The notes: generated by a model not told the origin, from the sequence alone. DNA of 50,675 nucleotides from Clostridia bacterium (GCA_041663585.1 JBAYMN010000005.1:1-50675); one strand, 5' to 3'; counted from the stretch's first letter, positions 1-9,095 are shown. Translations and numbers: made by a program.

Positions 1-1508
1 AATTTTTCTCCATTAATTTTTCCTGTAACTGGTTGCATGTTCCAAACAACATCCACTGCCGCTTCGTATTTATAGTCCGTACCTTTTAACTTTTTTGGGA
101 AAATGTGGTCAAGTTCTGGAGTCATCCTACTTGTTCCTAAACTAACCCAAGAAAAGCATTTTTGTGGAGTAAGAACTTTTAAAACAAACCATTTAAATCT
201 TTCTAAACTTTTTACAGAAACCCCTGTTACTCTTCCCTTAATTAATGCAGCATCCTCCAATGTTTTTAGCGGGAAATGTTCCGTAGCGTTCATTGCTTCT
301 TTACATCCATTTTCAATAAGATATACTGTTCGCCAGTCATTTATTTGCGAATAAATAAAAAACTGTTTCATTTTTATAATATCATTTTCTACTATATCAT
401 TGAAATGTTTGTTTTTTAATAATTTATTATATATGTAAATAATAAGTGGAAATAAAGACTGCCAGCTTTGAACTATTGCGTTTTTGTTTATTTGAAATTT
501 ATCATAAATAAATAATTTAAAAAACGAGTCTATTGCCGTGAATACATTGGGAAGTATTTGTGGAAATCTAGCGATTTCAGTAGTCTTAGTTTTTTCTGGC
601 TCAAGCTTTACGCGATTACGGATAATTAAACTCATAATCTGTAAAATAATATCGGGCTTAATTGAAATCCCCAAGGCGGTTTCAATTTCTTTTGACTGTG
701 TTATTAGTTTCTCCTCAAAATCATACGACCGCTCTTTAATTTTAGACAACAATAAGTCAGCACCAGAGAGTGGAACCCCTCCTGAATTTATTCTTTGAAA
801 GACATCATTTACCTGTTCTTCGCTCATTGAGTTATCCATAGGGAAAAATGCTAAAGATTTTTTGTCTTTTAAAACAAAAGAAGTCCAAAGATTGTCAAAT
901 AAAGTTTCAAATTCTGTTTCTTCTCTTTCAGTTAGTCGAGTTAGCGAGTTTTTGATTTTATTGCGAAATGAAATTTTTTCATCTGGTTTTTTTGAATATA
1001 ATTCAGGTATTGAAATATATGAATTAGGGATGGTATTTTTTTCGGTAAAAGAGAACCATACCATTTCATCCTGTTCGACATCTTTATCTTCATCAGCTGT
1101 TTTTTTAATCGCCTCTTTAATTGCGTCCTGAATATTAAATGTAATTATTCTATTATTTACGGTATATTTAAGACATGAGAAAAGAGTCTGTAGGCGTTGC
1201 TGTCCATCATATACAAGCCATTTGTCTTTTCTTGTCCATAAGGTTTTATCAACCTGATTTTGCGTTGCCCCATCAATATAATTGGTCAAGAACTCACGGT
1301 ATGGAATTTCTTTTTCTGTATTCCAAACAAGTAATGTTCCTATTGGGTATCCCTTTAAAATTGAATCAAATAATCGACAAAGATATTTCTCGCTTTCATA
1401 ACGATTTCCCCAAACGTATTGCCTTTGAACATATGGCAAAAACCATCCATTATTATCAGAATTTATATTTTCAATTGCTTCTCTAACAGAAATTGACTGA
1501 AACGACAT
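1..1508 (-). CDS. DUF262/DUF1524 (GmrSD-family, type IV restriction-like) protein. The N-terminal ~500 codons are in the window; the C-terminus runs past coordinate 1.
   Basis: Hand translation of the minus strand from the ATG at 1508-1506 (MSFQSISVREAIENINSD...) stays open to the window edge. It contains the DUF262 hallmark V-Y-D-G-Q-Q-R, encoded at 1214-1194. Near the edge it reads MTPELDHIFPKKLKG..., the His-Me finger H-x-x-P typical of DUF1524. The ORF track omits it because it is partial. Confidence 0.7.
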   Translation of the reverse strand, partial: MSFQSISVREAIENINSDNNGWFLPYVQRQYVWGNRYESEKYLCRLFDSILKGYPIGTLLVWNTEKEIPYREFLTNYIDGATQNQVDKTLWTRKDKWLVYDGQQRLQTLFSCLKYTVNNRIITFNIQDAIKEAIKKTADEDKDVEQDEMVWFSFTEKNTIPNSYISIPELYSKKPDEKISFRNKIKNSLTRLTEREETEFETLFDNLWTSFVLKDKKSLAFFPMDNSMSEEQVNDVFQRINSGGVPLSGADLLLSKIKERSYDFEEKLITQSKEIETALGISIKPDIILQIMSLIIRNRVKLEPEKTKTTEIARFPQILPNVFTAIDSFFKLFIYDKFQINKNAIVQSWQSLFPLIIYIYNKLLKNKHFNDIVENDIIKMKQFFIYSQINDWRTVYLIENGCKEAMNATEHFPLKTLEDAALIKGRVTGVSVKSLERFKWFVLKVLTPQKCFSWVSLGTSRMTPELDHIFPKKLKGTDYKYEAAVDVVWNMQPVTGKINGEK

Positions 1509-1654
1509 AATTTCGCTCCTTAATTTATATTATAATAATATTAGCATTATTATAAGCTAATGGCAAGTTATATAATAAAGCAAATTAGCATTTTTTTGTT
1601 TAGTAGAAAGTGCTTTTCACACTAAAATTGTCAGATTCCTGTCTAGGATACTGA

Positions 1655-1965
1655 CGATTTTTGTCTGGGCAACTGACGATTTTTGGGGTGTTTTTTTGGT
1701 CGATTTTGTGAATTTTGAATTCTCCTACGAATTCTCCTACGAATTTGTGTTTTGCAATGTGCTTGAAAGCCTTATATTTAGGGCTTTGTAGCGATTTTAG
1801 TTTTTGTGAAATTTTGCCAAATTTTGCTCAAAAACACGATTTTTTGAAAAAATGGCAAATTCTCCTACGAATTTCCTACGAATTTTTAAAAAAAGTTAAA
1901 GATTGCTTGTTTGCTGGATTTTACAAAGTTTTGCAAGTGCAAGGTGGCTGAAAGCCTTATTTTAT
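1655..1965. repeat. Array of imperfect direct repeats in a 600-bp non-coding gap. Includes ctgacgattttt x2, ctcctacgaatt(t) in two tandem pairs about 140 bp apart, and (c/g)ctgaaagccttat x2.
   Basis: Read directly: ggatactgacgatttttgtctgggcaactgacgattttt, gaattctcctacgaattctcctacgaattt, and caaattctcctacgaatttcctacgaattt. The motif (g)ttttgcaa(t)gtgc...tgaaagccttat occurs twice (about 1750 and about 1935). No ORF of 60 aa or more is present. Confidence 0.6.
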
Positions 1966-2106
1966 CGGGGTTTTATCTTGTTGTAACTTTACTTATTTTG
2001 TGCTATAATGGCTTATAATTTGTTAGCGGGTAATTTCTCCTAAGGCAAAGATTGGAAGTTCAACTCTTCTCGGGGACACCAAAATATATTTAAAGGGGAA
2101 AATATT

Positions 2107-2580
2107 ATGGAAAATTTTGTTTATTTTTTAAAAGGGGCATCAGGTGATCAACTATTTGTATATGAAGATAAAATAGTTATTAAACACAAAGGCATTATGA
2201 ATTTTATTGCAATGGGAATAAAAGGGGAGAAAACTATTTACTACTCAGATATTACCTCAATACAGGTTAAACCTCGTGGCGTATTTGTTGGGTATATTCA
2301 ATTTTCTTTATCGGGCGGAAACGAAAGTATAAAAGGACTATATGATGCTATGCGAGATGAAAATACAGTAAAAATTTCTTCTAACACTCAATTACAGATA
2401 GTTATTAATTATATTAATGAGAGATTAAAAGATCAAAAAACTAAAACTAAGACGGAAATTGGTAATAATAATAAAACGCAAATTTTTGATGAAATAAAAA
2501 ACTATAAAAAACTCGCCGATGAAGGTGTAATAACACAAGAAGATTTTAATCTAAAGAAAAAGAAATTATTAGGTTTATAG
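2107..2580 (+). CDS. Small SHOCT-domain protein (PH-like N-terminal domain plus C-terminal SHOCT oligomerisation motif)
   Basis: The C-terminus KKLADEGVITQEDFNLKKKKLLGL matches the SHOCT consensus. RBS GGGGAA lies 8 nt upstream of the ATG. A TATAAT (tgctataatggc) sits about 100 bp upstream. Confidence 0.55.
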   Translation: MENFVYFLKGASGDQLFVYEDKIVIKHKGIMNFIAMGIKGEKTIYYSDITSIQVKPRGVFVGYIQFSLSGGNESIKGLYDAMRDENTVKISSNTQLQIVINYINERLKDQKTKTKTEIGNNNKTQIFDEIKNYKKLADEGVITQEDFNLKKKKLLGL

Positions 2581-2698
2581 TATATAAAGATAATAACAAC
2601 AAAATTCAGCGATTTTTAATAAAAAATTTTCCAGATGGATTAGCAAATAATCAAACAGGTAGCGTATTAGGTTTCTAGAAATTTTTAGTAATAGTCAA

Positions 2699-3157
2699 TT
2701 AAATGCTAATAATCTTTTGTTTAATTTTTTCATCGGTAACTAATTCGGGAACAAAATTAATTTTTTTTAACTGGTTTTTTTGCCCTTCAATTACTATTTG
2801 TTCTATTTTATCGACATACAAATTACCAAGCGTATCTATATAGTAGATATAAAGAAATTTCATGCAAGCTGGTTTCGCCAATCTTAGATGGACTGCCCTT
2901 TCTTCTTTATCTATTTCTATTCCATGTATGTATTTAGACAGTTCACTCTCGACACCTAAAAGTGATCCATGCTGAACTTTGTATGCGGAAATATATTTTT
3001 CTATTATTTCTTGAAGAAATGCACCATTGCCACAACTATTATCAATAATGTGTTTCTGTAATATTTTTTCACCAGAATAGTCGACAAGATTTAAAATATC
3101 ATTAACTATGTGTGCAGGTGTATAAATCTGTCCAAGATTTTTAGTTTTATTTAACAT
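2699..3157 (-). pseudogene. Truncated gamma-class N6-adenine DNA methyltransferase (N-terminal fragment only, 152 aa)
   Basis: Motif X GQIYTP and motif I DNSCGNGAFL are present, followed by HGIEID. Where NPPY should be it reads GNLYV (degenerate). The ORF ends about 30 aa later, with no room for the rest of the catalytic domain or a TRD. A good RBS (AGGAGG) is retained. Confidence 0.5.
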
Positions 3158-3524
3158 CTTTGCCTCCTATTCTTTTCATATTATATCATAAAAATTTCTA
3201 AATTAGTTCTAATTTTGATAACTATTCTACATAAATAATGCCAAATCCTTTTATTTTCCCATAAGAACTACTTTTTATTTTTTTAAAACATCTTTTGAAA
3301 GATATTCAAAATTCATTTTTTTAGCCAAATATGAAGCATCGAGGTTATGTATTTTTATATAATTAAAATCTTCTTTTTTATGTAAAATTATTGCTTTAAT
3401 TTCACCGTTACAATTTAGATATCGGTTATATTTTAAATTTTAAAATAAACCAAATCAACTAATTTTTAATGTTGTTTTTTATTAAATAAAAATAGAAAAA
3501 AATAAATCAAAATTTACAATCAGT

Positions 3525-3571
3525 AATATTCCGTTTAATTGTTTGCAATTGGCGGAATATTTTTGTATAAT
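3525..3571 (+). promoter_or_regulatory. Sigma-A-like promoter (TTGCAA-17-TATAAT) embedded in a 9-bp perfect inverted repeat, aatattccg...cggaatatt. Putative operator upstream of the NUDIX gene.
   Basis: aatattccg (3525-3533) pairs with cggaatatt (3553-3561). TTGCAA is at 3543-3548 and TATAAT at 3566-3571, with a 17-nt spacer. An inner caattg palindrome sits in the loop. Confidence 0.4.
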
Positions 3572-3632
3572 AAATTTATTAGAGTACATTAAAAACGCTT
3601 TTGATTTATCATAATTAAATTAGGAGAAACGG

Positions 3633-4472
3633 ATGGAAGAAATTAAAGTAAGTTTGACAAATGGGGATATCGTCAATTCAATTAATTTATATGAAGAATT
3701 AATATATGGCGCAACGGGTTTGCTTATTGATAAAGATAAATCAAAAAATCTTGATAAAAATGTTATGGCCATTAATCCAAAATCAACCGAAAAAATGAAA
3801 ATAATCATAAAAGAAAATGTCGGTGATAAAGCAATTTTACTTATTCCAGCGCACATAAAAGAACATTTTGATTTGGCAAAAAAATACGGTTTAAATATAA
3901 AAGCCGTTGTTGCTCCTTATTTTTTAGGTGAAGGGGAATTTACTTTAAGACCCGATTTGCCTATTCAAAATAGAAAGAGTGTTATTGCAATAGTAAAAAA
4001 CAAGGTAAATAATACATATCTATGCGTTGATTCAAAAAACAGAGTTTGCAAATCTTTTGTTTTGGGCGGAATAGAAAGTGGGGAAACACCCGAACAAGCT
4101 GCTTTAAGAGAAATAGAAGAGGAAACGGGTTATTTAAATGTAAAGGTTTTAAATATAAGTTTTTTAACACTTCACAATCACTTTTTTGCCAACTATAAGG
4201 GCGTAAACAGATATTCAACCCTTAATATAGTTTTTTGCGAATTAATAAATGATGAAAAGACTACCCTTGATGAAAAAGAAAATTCTGAACATTTTGTTTG
4301 CTGGATAAAAAAAGAAAAATTAATGGATTTTTTGTCTGTACCAAATAATAAATTTGCATGCAAAATTTTGTTTGATGGCGAAAGTGCATATGAGGGCGAT
4401 GGAAAAATGATTAATTCAAATGAATTAAATGGAATGACAAGAGAAGCGGCAAAAATATTCCTTAAAAATTAA
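3633..4472 (+). CDS. NUDIX hydrolase with N- and C-terminal extensions of unknown function
   Basis: Nudix box GGIESGETPEQAALREIEEETGY (GX5EX7REUXEEXGU). RBS AGGAGA lies 7 nt before the ATG. Confidence 0.75.
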   Translation: MEEIKVSLTNGDIVNSINLYEELIYGATGLLIDKDKSKNLDKNVMAINPKSTEKMKIIIKENVGDKAILLIPAHIKEHFDLAKKYGLNIKAVVAPYFLGEGEFTLRPDLPIQNRKSVIAIVKNKVNNTYLCVDSKNRVCKSFVLGGIESGETPEQAALREIEEETGYLNVKVLNISFLTLHNHFFANYKGVNRYSTLNIVFCELINDEKTTLDEKENSEHFVCWIKKEKLMDFLSVPNNKFACKILFDGESAYEGDGKMINSNELNGMTREAAKIFLKN

Positions 4473-4530
4473 ATTAGTTTAAAAATGTAGATATTATTTG
4501 TTAGGAAACACAAATTTTAATATAGGAGGT

Positions 4531-5619
4531 ATGATCAATTTGAAAAAAATACTTGCATTAATGTTTTGTATTGTTTTTATGATTTGTGGTAATTTATTAA
4601 TTCTTTCTAGTTGCACCGATGATGATGATGATGATATTATAATCAATACTGGTGAGGATTTATCGGCGTATTTTGATCCGACATTGTCGACCGGTACAAT
4701 TGAATTTACTGACTCTATTTTGAATTTGGAGCATTTTGAACGAATTATTCCCTTGGGACAAATAAATCCGCCCGGTCACTCATTTCCAACCGACCACATT
4801 TATTTTGTATTAAGTGGAAGTGCACGCCCAGTTTATGCACCTACTGGCGGAAAAGTTTTGTATATTGAGGAATCTGGTATGTATGGTGATGGTGCTATAA
4901 GAATTGGCGTAACTAGCACTATGGCATATTATTTAGGACATGTTTTTGTTAGCGAAGGTTTGCAAGTAGGAGATACAGTTGTAGCGGGAACCCAAATAGC
5001 AACTAGTGGCAATACTGTCTGTGTTGATTTTGGAGTACTTAATAAAAATATTAACAATGGTTTTTTAAGCCAAAAACATCCCGCCAGCACTATATATGGA
5101 GATAAACCTTTATCATACTATACAGAACCTTTGCGTACTGAACTTTATGCGTTGGTGAAGCCGCCACAACCATCAGAAGACCCGAGTTATGTTTATAATG
5201 AAGAAGTAACTGATGGCGAGTTTGCCCTTGATGAAACAGGAACACTTTGTGGAAATTGGTTTATTGAAGGCTGCTTTAATGAGGGTGGCTGGTACGAATG
5301 GGAAGATACATTAGCGTTTGGCTATGATGTTTATTATCCTGACCAAATCAGAATTGGAAGTGGAAAATGCAGCAATGCATTTGCTATTAAAAACGAGGAT
5401 AACCTTATAAGACCAGAAAATGTTAGCATGGCATCTGGAGTGGTAGCGTATTACCTTTATAACGCAAATAATACCTCTAAGGGCTTACCCACGGTGGCAC
5501 GCATTGGGTTAATGATGGTGCAAATGTTAAGTGACTCACGTATTAAATTAGAGATTTTTGATGACACAACAAGCATTAGTCGTGAATTTACAAGTGCTTC
5601 ACTTTATTATGTACGTTAA
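4531..5619 (+). CDS. Lipoprotein with Asp-rich linker; possible degenerate M23/LytM-like domain
   Basis: Signal peptide MINLKKILALMFCIVFMICGNLLILSSC with lipobox L-S-S-C, followed by TDDDDDD. The start was moved to the ATG at 4531 behind RBS GGAGG. The central region GHVFVSEGLQVGDTVVAGTQIATSGNTV resembles the M23 beta-sheet core but lacks the HxH. Confidence 0.5.
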   Translation: MINLKKILALMFCIVFMICGNLLILSSCTDDDDDDIIINTGEDLSAYFDPTLSTGTIEFTDSILNLEHFERIIPLGQINPPGHSFPTDHIYFVLSGSARPVYAPTGGKVLYIEESGMYGDGAIRIGVTSTMAYYLGHVFVSEGLQVGDTVVAGTQIATSGNTVCVDFGVLNKNINNGFLSQKHPASTIYGDKPLSYYTEPLRTELYALVKPPQPSEDPSYVYNEEVTDGEFALDETGTLCGNWFIEGCFNEGGWYEWEDTLAFGYDVYYPDQIRIGSGKCSNAFAIKNEDNLIRPENVSMASGVVAYYLYNANNTSKGLPTVARIGLMMVQMLSDSRIKLEIFDDTTSISREFTSASLYYVR

Positions 5620-5736
5620 TTTTGATAATTTTATGTTTGGCGCATTAGATTAATTGTTTCTATGAAAAAAATAAAAAAACATAATTAATTTATTTTTTTT
5701 AAAAAATAATGATATAATAAATACAGGAGATTTAAC

Positions 5737-6345
5737 ATGAAAAAGAAATTATTTACAATTATTCTTGTACTTTTTATGTTTTTGCCTTTTTTTATAAGTG
5801 GTTGCGGTAATAGGGCTGGTACAACTTATATCACAATCTATCCGGAAGAATATAAAATAGTGGTTAGAGTTGATACTGGTACAATTTTTTGTGAAGAAAC
5901 TTTTATTAAAAGTGGAAATATTTATTATTACGAATATCAAAGTTACAATGATGATTTTGCTACAATTGGTGGCATAAATAACAAATATATTGGCATAAAA
6001 GATGTTGTCGGAAATTATACAAATTATTCTTTGAATGATACCGGCTGGTATGAAAATGACTCAATTAGTTTTTTAAATAATTGGGGTTTAAATTTATATT
6101 GCAACGCACCAAACTTTGCCTTTGAAGATTCTGAAAAACAATCTGATGATACTGTAAATGGCGCTGAGTGTTATGTTTATGAGGCAGATGGCGTTACCTA
6201 CAAAATTTCAAAAAGTACAGATCATATTGTTTGGTTCCGTTACGCAGAATCAACAAGCAGTTATATTAAATATGAAGTTCAATCTTTAACGATGACTGAT
6301 GTTTTAAATGGAATTTCAACCGAAGGCTTACCCACCGGTCATTAG
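5737..6345 (+). CDS. Lipoprotein of unknown function
   Basis: MKKKLFTIILVLFMFLPFFISGC lipobox. RBS AGGAGA. Confidence 0.5.
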   Translation: MKKKLFTIILVLFMFLPFFISGCGNRAGTTYITIYPEEYKIVVRVDTGTIFCEETFIKSGNIYYYEYQSYNDDFATIGGINNKYIGIKDVVGNYTNYSLNDTGWYENDSISFLNNWGLNLYCNAPNFAFEDSEKQSDDTVNGAECYVYEADGVTYKISKSTDHIVWFRYAESTSSYIKYEVQSLTMTDVLNGISTEGLPTGH

Positions 6346-6411
6346 TTTTAAATTTATACAAAAAGTAAGTTTAAAAAATACACAAAAATTAGTTTATAAC
6401 GAGCAAATTTT

Positions 6412-6446
6412 AAAAGCAAAACGGCAATGCTTTTCAAAGTTTTTTG
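6412..6446 (+). terminator. Rho-independent terminator, aaaagca-aaacggcaa-tgctttt followed by a T-run
   Basis: Stem 6412-6418 / 6428-6434, followed by caaagtttttt. It is followed by TTGACT-16-TGgTATAAT (6450-6477), an extended -10 promoter for the next lipoprotein. Confidence 0.5.
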
Positions 6447-6503
6447 GTATTGACTAATTATCTAAGTGTGGTATAATTATATTAATGGAGGCTTAACGAA
6501 CAT

Positions 6504-8213
6504 ATGGAAAAAGCCAAGTTTTATTTACAAAAATTAGTTTGTGCATGTATACTATTATTAGTATGTATTTTGTTTACGGGCTGTCCCGCTTACGAAGTCG
6601 CAAGTTTAAGCGTAGATACTTTAACTATTCCGCAAAATATAGCATACGAAGATTTAATTCTTGAAGATGTAGAATTTACTGTGACTTACAAAGATGGCGA
6701 GGTAATAACGGAATTCGTGTCGGCATATATGTTAAGCGATGAAGACATTACAAAGTTAAGTACCGCTGGCACGCATATTATTACAATAAACTATATGCAA
6801 GCCACAACGACATTTGAAATAACATTGATAGAAAAAATTTATGCAAATATGGAAACTATCATTATAGATTCTCAAACTTCTTCCGAATTTACAGATTTAG
6901 ATTATACTGTGGATACTTCTGATCACGATCCGGCATACATATATTTTGAAGATGCTGAACTTGTTGACGCATTAAACTTTGAAGATTATGGAATTACCTC
7001 TCAAGTGGCCGGCGACTACGCTTACACGTTGGAAGATTTGCAAAAATATACTAATTATTCTTTGATGCATTTTAATGGAACTATAAAAAATTTATCAGGT
7101 TTAGAATATTTACCCGTGATTAGATATATTTATTTAAATAATAATGATATCTGTGATATTACGCCATTAAGTCAATTAACTAATTTAGATACTATATTTA
7201 TTCAGGGTAATCACATAAAGTCTTTGGAGGCATTAACTAACTTAACCAAATTAACATATTTAGATATTTCAAATAATGAAATCAATGTATCCGCTTATAG
7301 TCGTACGATTGATTTAAATGAAATGCAGTATTTAGAACAAATTAAAGCAAACAACCCAGGTCTATTAAGGCAAGATGGGAAATATAACATTTTTTATTTT
7401 ACTCAGCAAATGTATTTTGATGCTAGTAGAATAACCGAAAACACTCCAACATGGGAACTACTTGTGGTATCTGTTTTAAATATTGATTATACAGTAACTA
7501 ATGCTGATGAAACTCAAACTCGCTATCAATATTCTGCCGATGAAACTGATTTAGAATTAATGAAAGAAACATTACGAACATTTGAAATAATGGCTGAAAT
7601 TGCATCAAATTATCAAATAAACATTGTAATTACAAATGTAATTTACAAGGATACAATAACTGATATGTACAAATATTTTTCTAGTGAAGAGTATAAAATA
7701 AATATTGACGATATACCTAATTTAAATGTGAATTTTGATGACTATGATAGTTACGCCGTTTTAGGTTTTCATGGCGATATTCCATTTCAAGTAGCCGGCA
7801 CTTGCAGAGCGGGAGTTATTAAAACTGAAATATATATTCCTTTTGCAAAAGATTATGATTCTTATAATAAACAAAAACTGGCAAGGCTTAAACTTGCAAA
7901 AGATAATAAAATCACCGTAACAGAGTGTGTGTTATCGCACGAATTTGTGCACGCGGTGGAGCAATATTGGTTAACCCGAAAAATACAAACGGGTGATGAA
8001 AGCATAGTCGTACCAGAATGGCATTACGTAGAACATTATTCTGGCTATCAGGATGTTACGCTTGGTGATATAATTACAGTAGATCCATATACAGTTATGA
8101 AATATTTTAGTGCAACGTTTTTAGATCCAGACACACAAGAATATCAAGGTGTTACCGTAGCAATGTGGCAAGAAACTCCACTTGATTATTTATCTCACCT
8201 ACCTAACGAATAG
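6504..8213 (+). CDS. Leucine-rich-repeat lipoprotein with C-terminal HExxH (zincin-like) motif
   Basis: Lipobox LFTGC. Internalin-like LRRs (LSGLEYLPVIRYIYLNNNDICDITPLSQLTNLDTIFIQGNHIKSLEALTNLTKLTYLDISNNEI). The C-terminus reads CVLSHEFVHAVEQY, with a Glu 16-22 residues on. Confidence 0.6.
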   Translation: MEKAKFYLQKLVCACILLLVCILFTGCPAYEVASLSVDTLTIPQNIAYEDLILEDVEFTVTYKDGEVITEFVSAYMLSDEDITKLSTAGTHIITINYMQATTTFEITLIEKIYANMETIIIDSQTSSEFTDLDYTVDTSDHDPAYIYFEDAELVDALNFEDYGITSQVAGDYAYTLEDLQKYTNYSLMHFNGTIKNLSGLEYLPVIRYIYLNNNDICDITPLSQLTNLDTIFIQGNHIKSLEALTNLTKLTYLDISNNEINVSAYSRTIDLNEMQYLEQIKANNPGLLRQDGKYNIFYFTQQMYFDASRITENTPTWELLVVSVLNIDYTVTNADETQTRYQYSADETDLELMKETLRTFEIMAEIASNYQINIVITNVIYKDTITDMYKYFSSEEYKINIDDIPNLNVNFDDYDSYAVLGFHGDIPFQVAGTCRAGVIKTEIYIPFAKDYDSYNKQKLARLKLAKDNKITVTECVLSHEFVHAVEQYWLTRKIQTGDESIVVPEWHYVEHYSGYQDVTLGDIITVDPYTVMKYFSATFLDPDTQEYQGVTVAMWQETPLDYLSHLPNE

Positions 8214-8242
8214 GCAGAATAAAGTATGCGGTTAAAAAGGGG

Positions 8243-8294
8243 AACCAAAAACGCTTGCAAGCACGAAGTGCGTACAAGATTGAGTTTTTGGTTT
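8243..8294. terminator. Compound hairpin between convergent genes. 10-bp perfect stem aaccaaaaac/gtttttggtt encloses two smaller palindromes, gcttgcaagc and gcacgaagtgc.
   Basis: Read directly; flanked by T/A runs in both orientations. Confidence 0.4.
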
Positions 8295-8303
8295 TGCTTT
8301 TAA

Positions 8304-8756
8304 TTAATTAAAGTGTACTTGTATTAATGATAACACATTTGTGCCACTTGATGTGGTTTTTAAACTATGACCGGTTTCACGGTTGTGTTCTGTTGTGCTT
8401 GGTACGGTTGCTGCTTGGTACATTCTACCCGCGGTATTGCTTACCCCACACCAATACCCGCTGGTTGCAGTCTCGCCATCTTTTAATAGGACATCAGCCT
8501 TTCCGTAGACAACTACTTTTACAGGTGAGCCATTTATAATTCCAGTTTCATAAATTACACCTATTGGCATTTGTGAATTTGCGGGGGCTATATCCACGCC
8601 ATTATCAACAGTTGTTGATGCTACAACAATAGTACCCTTTACACTTGTACCAGTGTTATTTGTAAAGGTTTCAAAAAATCCGCCTTCAGTTGTCATGCCA
8701 TTTGTCCCACTACCCAGTCTAGCGGTAAACAGCCCATAACCTACAACTCCACCCAT
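8304..8756 (-). CDS. C-terminal part of a phage-tail-fibre-like / surface-fibre-like protein (Gly/Thr/Ser-rich, beta-rich)
   Basis: In the same frame as the upstream ORF, separated by only TAA-AAT. No SD precedes its ATG. G+C is markedly elevated (I count 33/60 for 8401-8460). Confidence 0.4.
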   Translation of the reverse strand: MGGVVGYGLFTARLGSGTNGMTTEGGFFETFTNNTGTSVKGTIVVASTTVDNGVDIAPANSQMPIGVIYETGIINGSPVKVVVYGKADVLLKDGETATSGYWCGVSNTAGRMYQAATVPSTTEHNRETGHSLKTTSSGTNVLSLIQVHFN

Positions 8757-8759
8757 ATT

Positions 8760-9095
8760 TTATACTACGATATAAGGGACAGCCGCTTGTTCTGCCACAC
8801 TTAATAATAAATAATTAGCCTCAGTAATTTGCTGATCAACCCACGCGGGAATACCCAAAGCCCTATTCCAATACCAATAGGTGCTAGTTGCAGTAACATA
8901 GGCATAATCCGCTAGTGAAGCAAGTGGATATGCGGTTGAAAGTAGTATGCTAGTGGCATATTCTCCTTTATAAGTTTCAATTGCTGCTGGCGGTAGTTGT
9001 GAAACTGGAATTACACCAGTACCATCTAATGTTGCTATACCATTTGCCACGCCTTGTTTTGCTACAAATAATTCATAACTTAAAGCACTTGCCAT
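8760..9095 (-). CDS. N-terminal part of a phage-tail-fibre-like protein
   Basis: MASALSYELFVAKQGVANGIATLDGTGVIPVSQLPPAAIETYKGEY carries the LDxxGxIPxxQLP motif that I associate with phage tail-fibre repeats. RBS AAGGAG lies 8 nt before the ATG at 9095. The track ORF started 14 codons earlier. Confidence 0.45.
   Translation of the reverse strand: MASALSYELFVAKQGVANGIATLDGTGVIPVSQLPPAAIETYKGEYATSILLSTAYPLASLADYAYVTATSTYWYWNRALGIPAWVDQQITEANYLLLSVAEQAAVPYIVV

Noticed and set aside
103-1486. Five plus-strand ORFs (83-103 aa) in the first 1.5 kb
   Set aside because: They are antisense to the continuous minus-strand DUF262/DUF1524 reading frame, which I verified by hand at both ends and at the DGQQR codons. 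They have low-complexity composition and no RBS.
3262-3440. 56-codon open frame on the minus strand upstream of the MTase fragment (...NCNGEIKAIILHKKEDFNYIKIHNLDASYLAKKMNFEYLSKDVLKK)
   Set aside because: There is no start codon apart from an internal ATG giving 13 aa, and no RBS. It is probably residual sequence of the decayed RM locus, not a gene.
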